DNA of 62,565 bases, the filler included. It is 7 parts of 7 records of this genome, joined end to end, with 100 filler letters (N's around TTAATTAATTAA, not from the genome) between each part and the next. Parts side by side here need not be neighbours in the genome. Positions count along the whole stretch, not along the records: positions 1 to 13,924 come from SRR31156797_14306; 6 more parts are not named here. One strand, given 5' to 3'. This document shows positions 1 through 10,561 of this stretch, piece after piece. Both the position numbers and the translations under genes were made by a program. The notes beneath the pieces were generated by a model, which saw nothing but the letters and a program-made list of their open reading frames with translations, ran no database searches and had not been told where the DNA came from. Positions within the stretch are counted from its first letter, which is position 1; each line of letters begins with the position of its first letter.

Positions 1-825
1 GGTAAAGGCGCCTTTTTCATGGCCGAACAGTTCACTGTCCATAAGGGTGTCGGGAATGGCGCCGCAGTTGACCTTAATAAACGGGCCGTCTTTTCGGGGG
101 GAAGAAAAATGAACGGCGTTGGCAATGACCTCCTTGCCCACCCCGGTCTCACCCAGAAGAAGTACCGGGGTTTCACGGGGCGCCGCCTGACGGACCATCT
201 CCATGACATCTTTTAATCCGAATTCCGCACCGATGATGGTGTCGCCGGTCAGTTGCCGAAGTTCATTCTTGAGATAGCGGTTGTCGTCGTTCAAAAGATC
301 CCTCAACCGCAGGACCTCCTCATGCTTCTGGGTGTTTGCGGCGGCAATGGCAAAGGGATCATGGAGCAATCCCAGCAGTCGTCCATGCTCTTCCGTGTAC
401 CGGTCATATCCGGAAGCCCAAACAACCACCCCTCCCAGGGGCGCCCCGTCAATACCCAAATGCAACACCAGTACCGATGAATGGGCCATCTCAAGGGCGT
501 CCCACACAATACGGCGAACCGGCTCCCGGTCCGGACGGTTGATGATCACCACCCGTTGAGCCCCCTCTTCCCGGTTCACCATGTAAGCGTCCAGATGTTG
601 GGGCAATGGAATGATCCGGTTCATTTTTTGTGCCCTGTCGGCGGTCACCCTAGCCACACAACGGACAGCGAAAATCGCCGGGTCGTAACGGTTCATGGTC
701 ATCCCGTCAATGGGCATGAAATCCTTCAAGAACGAAAAGCATTGCCTCATGGCCTGCTCAATTGCAAGGCTCCCGCAGATACGCAGGGTGGCCTGGTGAA
801 AAAAATCCTTTTCATCAATGGTCAT
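1..825 (-). CDS. GAF-domain sigma-54-dependent transcriptional activator (bEBP), 3'-partial
   Basis: Not in the ORF track because it has no stop in the window. Manual translation from ATG 825: [20 protein letters not shown]...[19 protein letters not shown]...[24 protein letters not shown] (Walker A plus start of the GAFTGA loop). RBS AGAGGGAG upstream. Confidence 0.93.
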   Translation of the reverse strand, partial: MTIDEKDFFHQATLRICGSLAIEQAMRQCFSFLKDFMPIDGMTMNRYDPAIFAVRCVARVTADRAQKMNRIIPLPQHLDAYMVNREEGAQRVVIINRPDREPVRRIVWDALEMAHSSVLVLHLGIDGAPLGGVVVWASGYDRYTEEHGRLLGLLHDPFAIAAANTQKHEEVLRLRDLLNDDNRYLKNELRQLTGDTIIGAEFGLKDVMEMVRQAAPRETPVLLLGETGVGKEVIANAVHFSSPRKDGPFIKVNCGAIPDTLMDSELFGHEKGAFT

Positions 826-996
826 GGGACGTCTCCCTCTAATTGGCCGTAGAACCCTCCGCTCGACCCCGACACAAATTGTCGTATTCGATAAACTCTA
901 ACAGAAATCGCCAAATATGGAAACCGACTTACCGTATTTGGAAGACGGAAGAATGTCATGAAGTCTATCTACTGGATATCAAAAGAATAATTTTTT

Positions 997-1012
997 CGGC
1001 ACGATTTGAGCA
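997..1012 (+). promoter_or_regulatory. sigma-54 (-24/-12) promoter candidate
   Basis: CGGCACGATTTGAGCA has exact GG-N10-GC spacing with the GGCACG core. It is divergent from a bEBP gene and ~60 bp upstream of the operon start. Confidence 0.7.
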
Positions 1013-1069
1013 GTGCTCATGGAAAAAACAACAATTATAAATCCATGCAACATACAAAGGGAGCTGGAC

Positions 1070-1411
1070 ATGAAATGGCTCGAAATCATCCATTTGCGGA
1101 CGATCCATCCCCGCTTTGAAACGCTTTTGAACGATCTTGCGGGACCCATTAAGACCATCGAAAGAGATCGGAACCTTTCGGACATCAGAATCTACCGTCA
1201 TCCGAGATTGGATACCGAGGTGATGATCCATATCCATTGGACCGGCCATAAACCGCGACTCCTTGAAAGCGCCCTCGGACTGCGGCTTGCAAATCTGCCG
1301 GATGAATACGGGACCGCCAATCACTCCGTTTGGGTGGAATGGCTGGAAAACAAATGCGTTGACGGCGCTTTTCAAAATACATCCCCTTATGATTCAGGAG
1401 AAAAAAAATGA
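1070..1411 (+). CDS. hypothetical protein, first gene of the sigma-54 operon
   Basis: ATG 1070 preceded by AAGGGAG (the ORF-track start at 1013 abuts the promoter). Stop overlaps the next ATG (ATGA). Confidence 0.7.
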   Translation: MKWLEIIHLRTIHPRFETLLNDLAGPIKTIERDRNLSDIRIYRHPRLDTEVMIHIHWTGHKPRLLESALGLRLANLPDEYGTANHSVWVEWLENKCVDGAFQNTSPYDSGEKK

Positions 1412-4044
1412 AAAATCTAAAGAACGGAATTGTTGATTTTTCCATCAATCATTACAAACCGGCAACCCTTTTCATGGTCTTACTGACCGTTTTGGCGGGC
1501 GCGTTTTTTCCGTGGGTGGTGGTCGACACCGACCCGGAAAACATGCTTCCCATGGATGAACCGCACCGGGTGTTCCACAATCAAACCAAGAAGACGTTTT
1601 CACTCAGTGAAATCGTGGTGGTGGGGATCATAAACGAGCATGACCCGGATGGCGTTTACAATCCGGAGACCCTTTCCCGAATCCATGAACTCACCGAATT
1701 CGCAAAAACCCTCAGGTGGCCCGATGAGAAGAACCCCGAGGGTTTCACGGGGGTCATCGAGGCGGACATGGTGGCGCCGTCGCTCACGGATCACATGAGC
1801 CAGGGCGGTCCCGGCGTGATCCGGTTTGAATGGCTCATGGGCAAACCGCCCAAGACCAGGGAGGAGGCCCTGGCCATCCGGGACAAGGCCTTTAGCAATC
1901 CGTTGCTAAAAGGGCGCATGTTCTCAAAAGACGGCAAGGCCATGTGCATCTATCTGCCCCTCACCGACAAACACCTAAGCTACAGGATCTACAACGAACT
2001 ACGGCAAAAAGTCTCTGAAATGGGCGGCCGGGAAGCGTATCACATCGCCGGTCTGCCGGTGGCGGAGGTGGCCATCGGCGTGGAGATGTTTTCCCAGATG
2101 GCGGGGGGAAGCTCCTTGGCCATGGCGGTCATATTCGCCCTTCTGTGGTTCTTTTTTCGTAAATTGCGCTTGATCATCCTGCCCATGATGATTGCCGGGT
2201 TTTCGGTGGTCACCACCATGGGGCTGTTGATCGCATCGGGTTTTCCGGTTCATATTTTGAGTTCCATGATTCCCATTTTCCTCATGTGCATCGCCATAGT
2301 TGATTCCATCCATGTTCTATCCGAATTCTTTGATATTTACACAAGGGAAAAGGGCCGCAAAGATACCATCAGGGAAGTGATGCACACCCTTTTTACTCCC
2401 ATTCTGTATACGTCGCTGACAACGGCTGCCGGTTTTTTTTCGCTCACCTTCACATCCATACCGCCGGCGCGGATCTTCGGAGCGTTTCTCAGTATCGGCG
2501 TTATGACCGCATGGCTTTATACGGTGATATTCGTTCCCGCCTATATCATGATGATTCCCGAGAAAAAATTAACAAACTTCGGCATGTCCACTCACGGAAC
2601 CGAAAATGGGAATTGGCTTACGCGGCTGCTGAGGGCCACGGGAGGGTTGACCTACCATCGCGCAAAATCGGTCTTGTTTCTATCCGTTATTTTGATCGGC
2701 ATCGCCGTATGGGGCATTACCCAAATCCGGGTCAACGACAATTACGCCAAGCGGTTTACGGGAAGCCACCCCATCCGCAAGGCGGATGTGGCGTTCAACA
2801 AACACCTGGATGGAACTTATGCCGCCTACCTGGTGCTGCAAGGGGAAAAGCCCGCTGGCACAACGGTTCAAAACATAGAAAAATTAGGGGAGCGGATGTC
2901 GGCATTTGCTAATGAAATCAAGGGTCAATTCACCCGTGCACCGCATCTCGCTGGACGTATACGGGATAATTTGCAGCGGTTGAACGAAGATGATTTGCCT
3001 TATGAAAGTTATCTCAAGGGCCTCATAGAGCATATTGACGCGCTGGCCGAAACCGCGCCGGACGAAGACTATGATGCCCTTCAAGAACTTCGCGCCTTCA
3101 TCGGCGTTCAAAAAGAGAGCCTCAAAGTGTTCAAACGTCCGGAAGTGCTGGCATATATGGCATCCCTTCAAAAACACCTGAAAGATTCGGGACTGGTGGG
3201 AAAAACCACGTCCATCGCCGATGTGGTTTGCAAGGTCAATCAGGAACTCATTGACGGAAAGCCCGAGAATTTCAGAATACCTGCTACATCCCGGGGCGTT
3301 GCGGAGTGCTTTCTGCAATTCCAGCAGGGACACCGGCCACAGGACTTGTGGCATATGACGACCCCTGATTATATGCAAGCCAATATCTGGGTCCAGATGA
3401 ATACCGGCAACAGCATGGATATGAGGGCGGTGGTGAACGAAGTGGATGCCTACATAAAAGCCCATGAACCGCCCGTTGAACTGATCTATCGCTGGGGCGG
3501 ATTGCACTATATCAATTACGTGATGGAAGACGTACTCATCTCGGGCATGCTCAAATCCCTTTTGGGCAGCTTTGCCATCGTTTTTATCATGATGGCCGTG
3601 CTGTTTCGTTCACTGCTCTGGGGGCTTCTGTGCATGGCCCCTTTGACCATCACCATTGTGGCCATTTACGGCATCGTTGGGCTCACCGGAAAAGATTACG
3701 ATCTGCCCATTGCGGTGCTGGGCGTTCTGGCGCTGGGCATGGCCGTCGATTTCGCCATTCATTTCCTCCAAAGGGCGCGGGTCAAATACGGGGAAAAGGG
3801 AAGCTGGAAAGAAATCATCTTCCCAATGTTCGGAGAGCCGGCCCGTGCCATCAGCCGGAACGTGATGGTCATCGCCATCGGATTTCTGCCACTCCTGGTG
3901 GCGCCTTTGATCCCCTACAAGACCATGGGTGTCATGCTCTTTGCCATCATGAGTCTTTCAGGCGTTATCACGCTGCTGGTCCTGCCGTCCATATTGACCC
4001 TGTGCGAAAAATGGTTCTTCAAAAAATATGATCAAAAAGATTGA
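1408..4044 (+). CDS. MMPL/RND-superfamily exporter
   Basis: 878 aa with two repeats of 1 TM + periplasmic domain + 5 TM. IAIVDSIH and MAVDFAIHF are TM4/TM10-type motifs. Confidence 0.9.
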   Translation: MKNLKNGIVDFSINHYKPATLFMVLLTVLAGAFFPWVVVDTDPENMLPMDEPHRVFHNQTKKTFSLSEIVVVGIINEHDPDGVYNPETLSRIHELTEFAKTLRWPDEKNPEGFTGVIEADMVAPSLTDHMSQGGPGVIRFEWLMGKPPKTREEALAIRDKAFSNPLLKGRMFSKDGKAMCIYLPLTDKHLSYRIYNELRQKVSEMGGREAYHIAGLPVAEVAIGVEMFSQMAGGSSLAMAVIFALLWFFFRKLRLIILPMMIAGFSVVTTMGLLIASGFPVHILSSMIPIFLMCIAIVDSIHVLSEFFDIYTREKGRKDTIREVMHTLFTPILYTSLTTAAGFFSLTFTSIPPARIFGAFLSIGVMTAWLYTVIFVPAYIMMIPEKKLTNFGMSTHGTENGNWLTRLLRATGGLTYHRAKSVLFLSVILIGIAVWGITQIRVNDNYAKRFTGSHPIRKADVAFNKHLDGTYAAYLVLQGEKPAGTTVQNIEKLGERMSAFANEIKGQFTRAPHLAGRIRDNLQRLNEDDLPYESYLKGLIEHIDALAETAPDEDYDALQELRAFIGVQKESLKVFKRPEVLAYMASLQKHLKDSGLVGKTTSIADVVCKVNQELIDGKPENFRIPATSRGVAECFLQFQQGHRPQDLWHMTTPDYMQANIWVQMNTGNSMDMRAVVNEVDAYIKAHEPPVELIYRWGGLHYINYVMEDVLISGMLKSLLGSFAIVFIMMAVLFRSLLWGLLCMAPLTITIVAIYGIVGLTGKDYDLPIAVLGVLALGMAVDFAIHFLQRARVKYGEKGSWKEIIFPMFGEPARAISRNVMVIAIGFLPLLVAPLIPYKTMGVMLFAIMSLSGVITLLVLPSILTLCEKWFFKKYDQKD

Positions 4045-4098
4045 TGTTGAGATCAAGGGTAAACTTTATAAAACGAGCGACTGAAAAGGAGAGAAAAA

Positions 4099-4941
4099 AT
4101 GAGAAAGATCAACGGCATTTTATTCATGATGGCGGTTGTGTTGCTTGCCCTGGCCCCCTGGACATTGGCCGATGAAAACCCCGGACCCATGTCGGCGGAT
4201 CAAATCGTTCGAAAAGCCAACCATGCGGCCCTTTATATGGGTCTGGACAGCAAGGGCAAGGTGAAAATGGTGATCCAAGACAAACAGGGACGAAAACGGG
4301 AAAGAGCGTTGAACATGCTTCGAAAAGACATGGGAGACGGGGACGGAGACCAGAAATATTTCGTCTACTTCCAGGCGCCGGCGGACGTTCGAAAGATGAT
4401 CTTCATGGTGCACAAACATGCCGAACCGGGCAAAGAAGACGATCGCTGGCTCTATATGCCCAGCCTGGATCTGGTGAAAAGGATTGCGGGGGGCGACAAA
4501 CGCACCAGTTTCGCAGGTTCCGATTTTCTGTATGAGGACATATCCGGCCGTAATGTGCAGGCGGACGCCCATGAACTGATTCAGACGACGGACCGGTATT
4601 ATGTGGTCAAAAACACGCCCAAAAACCCGGATGAGGTGGAATTCGGACACTACGATGCCTATGTGGACAAGACCACTTTCCTTCCCATGAAAATGGAATA
4701 TTTCAGAAAAGACGGCCGCCCTTATCGCGTCATCAAAAACACCAAAATCAAAGCGATCGAAGCCGAGAAAGCCGGAAAACAAGTCGTCTACCCGACGGTG
4801 GTGGAGTCCGTTGCCGAGGATATGGAAAGCGGTTCCAAAACCGTCATGACCTTCTCCAATATCCGGTACAACATCGGGATAAAGGACGCCATCTTTTCCG
4901 AACGCTATCTGAGGAGACCGCCCAGAGAGGCCATGCGATAA
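4099..4941 (+). CDS. outer membrane lipoprotein-sorting (LolA-like) protein
   Basis: Signal peptide; DDRWLYMPSL..VKRI..DKRTSFAGSDFLYED signature; typical partner of MMPL genes. Confidence 0.88.
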   Translation: MRKINGILFMMAVVLLALAPWTLADENPGPMSADQIVRKANHAALYMGLDSKGKVKMVIQDKQGRKRERALNMLRKDMGDGDGDQKYFVYFQAPADVRKMIFMVHKHAEPGKEDDRWLYMPSLDLVKRIAGGDKRTSFAGSDFLYEDISGRNVQADAHELIQTTDRYYVVKNTPKNPDEVEFGHYDAYVDKTTFLPMKMEYFRKDGRPYRVIKNTKIKAIEAEKAGKQVVYPTVVESVAEDMESGSKTVMTFSNIRYNIGIKDAIFSERYLRRPPREAMR

Positions 4942-4945
4942 GAAC

Positions 4946-6232
4946 ATGAAGACTTTTCGAAAATCAATTTTGGCAATTCTGTTGTGGGTCTTGATGCTGT
5001 TTCCATTGTCTAACGCCGGGGAAGGAGAGGAAGGAGGGGCTTTTTGGGACAGTTTTGCGCCCGTTGAATTCAACGGCTTTCTTGAACTGCGAGGGGGCAT
5101 GCGCACCCAATACGACGCTCATGAAAAGGATATTTCCATCATGGAAGCCCGGGCCCAGGTAGAGCTCTTCACCTACACCGACTGGGCGGAATTCAAGTAC
5201 AAGGGGGACGGCTGGGCCGACGGCGTTCTTGAAAGGTTCGAATACGATACCCGCGAGGCCTTTGTTTTTTCGAGGCCCAACGATTTTCTGGATTTGAAAA
5301 TCGGCCGTCAGATCCTCACCTGGGGGACGGGGGACCTGGTCTTTTTAAACGATCTGTTCCCCAAGGACTGGCAGTCCTTCTTTATCGGTCGGGATTCCGA
5401 GTATCTGAAGGCCCCTTCGGATGCGGCCAAATTGAGTATTTTTTCGGAAAATATCATTTGCATGGACTTGGTGTACACCCCCAAGTTCGACCCGGACCGC
5501 TTCGTGAACGGCGAATATCTCTCCTATTGGAGCGGTGCCCTGAACCGGATCGTGGGCCGGGATGCCATCGTGGTCGCGGATACGCCCGACCGATGGTTCA
5601 AGGACGATGAAATCGCCATTCGCATATACCGAAACATGCGCGGGTTTGAATATGCCCTCTACGGCTATTGGGGGTTCTGGAAAAACCCCGCCGGGCAGAC
5701 ATATGAGGGCATCGCGCTTTTTCCGGGGCTTCACGTTTACGGTGCCAGCGTTCGGGGGAATGTGGGTCCGGGAATCGGAAATATGGAGCTGGCCTACTAT
5801 GATTCCACGGATGACGCGGATGGCGACAATCCCCTCATCCGAAATTCGGAAATCCGGTATCTTGCGGGGTATGCCCAGGAGATCGCAAAAGACTTCAACG
5901 GATCCTTGCAGTACTATGTGGAACAGATGCTGGATTACGGCGATTACAAAAAGGGCGTCCAGGGAAGTACCGCCAAGGATCATATCAGGCATGTCATCAC
6001 ATTGCAGTTGACCAAACTGCTGATGAACCAGAACCTGGCACTGACCCTCAATGCCTATTACTCGCCCAGCGACCAGGATGCCTACCTGATGCCCAAGATC
6101 CACTACAAATACACGGACCAAATCGGAATGGAGATCGGGGGAAATTTCTTTTTCGGCAGGGACGACCATACCTTTTTTTCCCAGTTCGAAAACAACAGCA
6201 ATGTTTACGCGGCCATCCGGTATAGTTTTTAA
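4946..6232 (+). CDS. outer-membrane beta-barrel protein (DUF1302-like)
   Basis: Signal peptide, DLKIGRQILTWG motif, C-terminal YAAIRYSF beta-signal; third member of the MMPL-LolA-barrel trio. Confidence 0.8.
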   Translation: MKTFRKSILAILLWVLMLFPLSNAGEGEEGGAFWDSFAPVEFNGFLELRGGMRTQYDAHEKDISIMEARAQVELFTYTDWAEFKYKGDGWADGVLERFEYDTREAFVFSRPNDFLDLKIGRQILTWGTGDLVFLNDLFPKDWQSFFIGRDSEYLKAPSDAAKLSIFSENIICMDLVYTPKFDPDRFVNGEYLSYWSGALNRIVGRDAIVVADTPDRWFKDDEIAIRIYRNMRGFEYALYGYWGFWKNPAGQTYEGIALFPGLHVYGASVRGNVGPGIGNMELAYYDSTDDADGDNPLIRNSEIRYLAGYAQEIAKDFNGSLQYYVEQMLDYGDYKKGVQGSTAKDHIRHVITLQLTKLLMNQNLALTLNAYYSPSDQDAYLMPKIHYKYTDQIGMEIGGNFFFGRDDHTFFSQFENNSNVYAAIRYSF

Positions 6233-6265
6233 GAGGTTACAGGATTATTTTAAGGAGACGACACC

Positions 6266-7258
6266 ATGCTCAGTCTGGGATTGGATATCGGATATTCATC
6301 CATCAAATTGGCGTTGATCGACAGCGACAACAGGATACTTTATCACGCCTATAAATTGCACAGGGGCAACATCAGGGAGACCCTGGGCTCCGCCATCAAA
6401 GATCTTTTGAGACACCCTGAAGCCGGAAAGATACGGCGGGGGGCCGTTACCGGCAGTGGCGGCAGAGGCCTTTCTGAGGAAAGCGATATCACGTTTGTAA
6501 ACGAGGCCACGGCCATTGTGGAAGGCGCCCTTTTCGTTGACCATGACCATATGCGATCAATCCGACTGGGCTTGCTGGCGGGAGACGTGATTCGAACAGC
6601 CCCCCCAAAAAACAGAAACGGATACCTCCAACAACTGCTGGAACTGTTGGATAATGAAGAACTGGAAATCGGACACCTGGAAAAGACGGCAAGGAAGATC
6701 CGCGGCGAACTGCAATCCATGGCAAACCCAAAAAAGATACTTGCCGCGGGAGAGCCTTATCTTCTTTACAATGACTATTTGAACAACTTCTCATTCAGGG
6801 ACCTGGAGAAGAACGGGTACCGAGTCGTCTACAGTCCCTTAAGCGAATGCATGTGGTTGACATGACGCGACCATGTGGCGCAGAACCAAGGAAAAGAGGG
6901 TCTGGACGCACGACAACGGTTGGAAGAATTCCGGGAGGAGATCGAAAGCGTATCCCGTTGTTTGGGAGACGAAAGCCCCTTTGAGGAGGATCCGGATATC
7001 CTCATCGACCTTGCCGATAGACACGTGGGGTTCTACGCCGGGGCCCAGGGACGATACCGGGAGGCCAAGATGCTCTGCGATCTCCCGAATATTCTGGGGA
7101 TTATCAACGCGACGGCCATGTATGAAAACACCTGCATCGCATTGGGCATACTCCATAGGGGTTTTGAGAGCAAAAAACCGGTTCTCAATCTGACCTTTGA
7201 CGGAAACAAAAACGAAAACGACCAAACCAAAATAGAGGCTTTTCTCTGCTATCTGTAA
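6266..7258 (+). pseudogene. acyl-CoA dehydratase activase (BadF/BadG/BcrA/BcrD) multidomain gene remnant
   Basis: N-terminus LGLDIGYSSIK...AVTGSGG...VNEATAIVEG joins abruptly (~6540) to a C-terminal-type region (GEPYLLYNDYLN...LNLTFDGNKNENDQTKIEAFL). In-frame TGA at 6863-6865; ORF 6875-7258 continues in the same frame. Confidence 0.8.
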
Positions 7259-7286
7259 TTTAGTCCAGAACATAAGGAGAAATCGT

Positions 7287-7838
7287 ATGAACGCATTGCA
7301 TCACGACCCCATCACCCTGAGGCCGGTGGGTTTTGTGCGAAACGAAATGGATGAACCTTTTCTCAAGGCCGGAGAAGAGGGCCTTGAAACCAAGAAGCGG
7401 ATTGAAGCCGTAAAGGCCCAGGTTCGCAAGATTCGAAAAATGAAATCGGAAATCGTCATCAACCCTGAATTGAGCGGGATTCTGGATGGACTGGAAGAAT
7501 ACTCCCACCTGGTGATCCTCTACTGGGCCCACAAGGTTCCCGAGAAAAGCCGGTCCACCACCCGGGTGCATCCCATGGGAAGAAAAGAGATTCCCCTTAA
7601 GGGCATCTTTTCCACATGCAGCCCGGTCCGCCCCAATTCAGTACTCACCACCGTGGTACAACTGGTCAAAAGAAATGGAAACATTCTGGAAGTGGTCGGC
7701 ATGGACGCCATCAACGGAAGTCCCGTGATCGATGTCAAGCCGTATGTGAGACAATGGTATCCCCGGGAAAGGATTCGGATTCCCCAATGGATGCGGCGGC
7801 TCTTGGCGGAGATTGAGGAGGACGGCTTGTCGGCATGA
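7287..7838 (+). CDS. trmO: TrmO/TsaA-family SAM-binding protein (tRNA m6t6A37 methyltransferase family)
   Basis: LRPVGFVRN, LDGLEEYSHLVILYWAH, GIFSTCSPVRPN and GMDAINGSPVIDVKPY motifs. Confidence 0.88.
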   Translation: MNALHHDPITLRPVGFVRNEMDEPFLKAGEEGLETKKRIEAVKAQVRKIRKMKSEIVINPELSGILDGLEEYSHLVILYWAHKVPEKSRSTTRVHPMGRKEIPLKGIFSTCSPVRPNSVLTTVVQLVKRNGNILEVVGMDAINGSPVIDVKPYVRQWYPRERIRIPQWMRRLLAEIEEDGLSA

Positions 7839-7884
7839 CAAGGCCGAAGGGACAGAAGCATGAGCTCAAGACAAGAGGATCATT

Positions 7885-8304
7885 ATGGAAACAGCCGAAA
7901 ATATAAAAGACAAAGCGCCGGACGGTTCACAAGCCTCTGAGGCAGAGAGGATCGAACAACTCAAACAAAACCCTAGGAGAGACTTCATTCAGACCATACG
8001 CCATAAGGATGCGGCCTTTGCCATCATCCAACTGCCCTTCGAAAAACTCCTGATCACGGAGAGTGTTCGACCCGAACTGCCTGAATACGCCCCCATAACC
8101 GAAAGCGTTGTATGCCCGGGCTGCGGGGAGGTGATCATGTCCACAAAGGTGGTGGGGAGTGAGGAAAAACAAGGCCTGTGTTATATGTGCGCGGGCGGTC
8201 CATGCCATCAGGTGGAAGGGCGGGGAATCACAACCGTCCGCCGCGGAAAAGGAGGCGACCAACCAAAAGGCGGTTCGAACGGCCTTCCGGAAAAAGGAGA
8301 TTAA
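7885..8304 (+). pseudogene. FmdE-family gene remnant (C-terminal zinc finger kept, core apparently deleted)
   Basis: PEYAPITESVVCPGCGE...LCYMC zinc finger typical of FmdE C-termini. The HGHxCPG core is absent; apparent join near 8010. Confidence 0.6.
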
Positions 8305-8308
8305 AGCC

Positions 8309-8911
8309 ATGAAAAAAACAGAATACAACCATCACCATCAGGGTAGTGAAAAGCTCAAACGGGGTCCCAGTAGTTTTTGGATGCACGACCCCCATGTGGT
8401 CTTTGATTCCCTTGCGCTGAAGCAGGGGGATTCTTTTCTTGATTTGGGGTGTGGCCCCGGGGAATATTCAATTCACGCCGCCGGAATAGTGGGAGATTCA
8501 GGCGTTGTCTACGCGCTTGAGAAGTGGGCCTACATGATCGACGGCCTGAAGGAAGAGGCGGACAACCGGGGCATCGGGAACATCAAACCCATAACTGCCG
8601 ATATTACCGAATCCCTCCCCATTAATGATCAATCCATCGACGTATGTCTCCTGTCAACAGTGCTTCATATCTTCAAGCTATCAAAAATCGAAAAAACCCT
8701 GTTCACCGAAATTCACCGCGTTTTAGAACCCGGCGGGCGTATGGCAGTGATTGAGTGCAAAAAAGAAGACCGGCCCTCCGGCCCGCCGAAACATATGCGG
8801 TTGTCGCCCGAAGAACTGGAAGCTTCCATCATAAAATACGGGTTCAGGAAACTCGGCTTAAAAGATTTGGGATACAATTATATGGTCCAATTTAGAATTC
8901 ATGACTCTTGA
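8309..8911 (+). CDS. class I SAM-dependent methyltransferase
   Basis: FLDLGCGPG motif I, VYALE, HRVLEPGGR; ATG 8309 after AAGGAG. Confidence 0.9.
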   Translation: MKKTEYNHHHQGSEKLKRGPSSFWMHDPHVVFDSLALKQGDSFLDLGCGPGEYSIHAAGIVGDSGVVYALEKWAYMIDGLKEEADNRGIGNIKPITADITESLPINDQSIDVCLLSTVLHIFKLSKIEKTLFTEIHRVLEPGGRMAVIECKKEDRPSGPPKHMRLSPEELEASIIKYGFRKLGLKDLGYNYMVQFRIHDS

Positions 8912-8982
8912 CCCATTAGCGCAATGTCGTACGGGACCCTCAATATTAACCGGCTTAACCATTTAAGGCTAAAAGGAGAAGC

Positions 8983-9585
8983 ATGGTAAAAAAAACAACC
9001 TCTCTTACTCTTACCTTTTCCGGCCTGATACTGTTGATTTCCAGTATCATCCTCTACATCGGTCCACCCGGCCATGTGGGCCATTTTTCCCCATGGCGCC
9101 TTTGGGGATTGAACAAACACTATTGGGGCGTTTTGCATCTGAACAGCGGCATCCTCTTCTGCCTGGCCATGATCATCCATGTCTATTTCAACTGGAAACC
9201 CCTGATATCCTATTTGAAGAAACGGGCCAGGGACAAGATTCCGTTCCTTCCCTTGGGCGCTTCCCTGGTCTTAACCGGGTATGTCTGTGTGGGCGCCTGC
9301 TATGAGGCCTCTCCCATGGGGCAGATCATGGATTTTGCGCGGAATCTGAAAATGGCGGCCGTGAGACAATACGGCTCTCCTCCCTATGGCATATCCACGG
9401 CGTATCCCATTGGAACCATCGCAGGTTACATGGGTTGGAATGTGGAAACCGCATTACAGCGCCTGGCCGAGCACAGCATCATTGTCGGGTCCCCGAATGA
9501 GTCCCTCAAGTACGTGGCCCGGAATAACGGTACCACCATCGGCAGTCTGTTGGATATCATGGCCGGGACCAGGGGCGGTGATTAA
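8983..9585 (+). CDS. DUF4405-domain (cytochrome b-like) membrane protein
   Basis: ILYIGPPG...LWGLNKHYWGVLHL...IIHVYFNWK with two TM histidines; RBS AAGGAG. Confidence 0.8.
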   Translation: MVKKTTSLTLTFSGLILLISSIILYIGPPGHVGHFSPWRLWGLNKHYWGVLHLNSGILFCLAMIIHVYFNWKPLISYLKKRARDKIPFLPLGASLVLTGYVCVGACYEASPMGQIMDFARNLKMAAVRQYGSPPYGISTAYPIGTIAGYMGWNVETALQRLAEHSIIVGSPNESLKYVARNNGTTIGSLLDIMAGTRGGD

Positions 9586-9607
9586 ACCTTATTTTTCGAG
9601 GTTGACC

Positions 9608-9898
9608 ATGAAGAAAATCGGATTGTCTGAAAAAATTGAAGGCACAGCTGTAACGGCATCCAAGCACATCAATACGGCTTCCAGGCCTGACATCATTGTA
9701 GACTGCGCAGAAGGGAACGGGGACTTTTTGCTGGAGAATATCCTCCTCAGGCCCGGACTTCGAATGATGGTTTGTAATCACACCCAGCCCGGGTACTTTC
9801 GGATGGCCTTTGAAATCGAACATTCACCCCTCGGCTTCTGCTTCAACCTCTCCCAAAAGATCCGTTTGACAAATTCGGGGGACATCATACCTAATTAA
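9608..9898 (+). pseudogene. truncated N-terminal part of a probable AraC (PchR-like) regulator
   Basis: LRPGLRMM..FEIEHSPLGFCFNLS resembles PchR-type sensor domains. No HTH; the frame ends just after the 25-bp motif. Confidence 0.45.
9872..9896 (+). repeat. 25-bp motif copy A
   Basis: AATTCGGGGGACATCATACCTAATT; 19/25 identical to each of copies B, C and D. Confidence 0.75.
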
Positions 9899-9979
9899 CG
9901 TTTTTTCTCCACAAAAAATAATTGACAAAAAAAATGCACATACTATCTCCGGTATACTCGAAATACCCCATTATCAAAA

Positions 9980-10561
9980 TTAGGCGGCGGGTAGAAAATC
10001 CTTTGCCCATTTCGGTAAAGGGTCTATCTTTATTTCGTATTTTCCAGACTTCATCACAATGATCTGCTGAAAGGGTTTGTCCCTGGATGAGTTATCCAGG
10101 AGCCTTGCTTCATCAACTATTGACAAAGCGGTTTTGATGAGCTTCATGGTTCTGGGTATTCGAGAATGAATTTTTTCGGGTGGAACAGAATGCCCTCCCT
10201 CCGCGACACGCTGTTGGACTCTGGCCTCATTTAAGCTTGAATGAAATACATGAATATAAACAAGGATGATTGTGTACCCATTCGCCTTTGCCTGGGCCAA
10301 AAAATCGATTTTTGATTCATGTGAAAAAACCGTTTCAAAACAAAAAGATATTCCTTGCGAAAGCAGATCTTCTCTGATTTTGGCCGCGACGGTTGCGGCA
10401 TAATAGCTCAATTTTTCAGGATTTCTCGAATCTATATCCCTGGCGATTAAATCCGCATTTACAAACGTTATGCCGTATTTGGCAAGATACAGGTCGTAGA
10501 AGGTCGTCTTACCCGCGCCATTGCCGCCGGCCAAGACCCAGAGTTGTTTTGGATTTGCCAT
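9980..10561 (-). CDS. zeta-toxin-like P-loop kinase/ATPase (putative TA toxin)
   Basis: LAGGNGAGKTT, FVNADLIA, SFCFETVFS, RVQQRVAEGGHSVP and DNS motifs; TAATG coupling to the upstream gene. Confidence 0.85.
   Translation of the reverse strand: MANPKQLWVLAGGNGAGKTTFYDLYLAKYGITFVNADLIARDIDSRNPEKLSYYAATVAAKIREDLLSQGISFCFETVFSHESKIDFLAQAKANGYTIILVYIHVFHSSLNEARVQQRVAEGGHSVPPEKIHSRIPRTMKLIKTALSIVDEARLLDNSSRDKPFQQIIVMKSGKYEIKIDPLPKWAKDFLPAA

Noticed and set aside
19-852. Several short plus-strand ORFs
   Set aside because: Antisense to the sigma-54 activator at 1-825.
9922-9958. TTGACA promoter beside motif copy A
   Set aside because: The TACTAT and TATACT hexamers are at 13 and 25 bp spacing, not 16-18.
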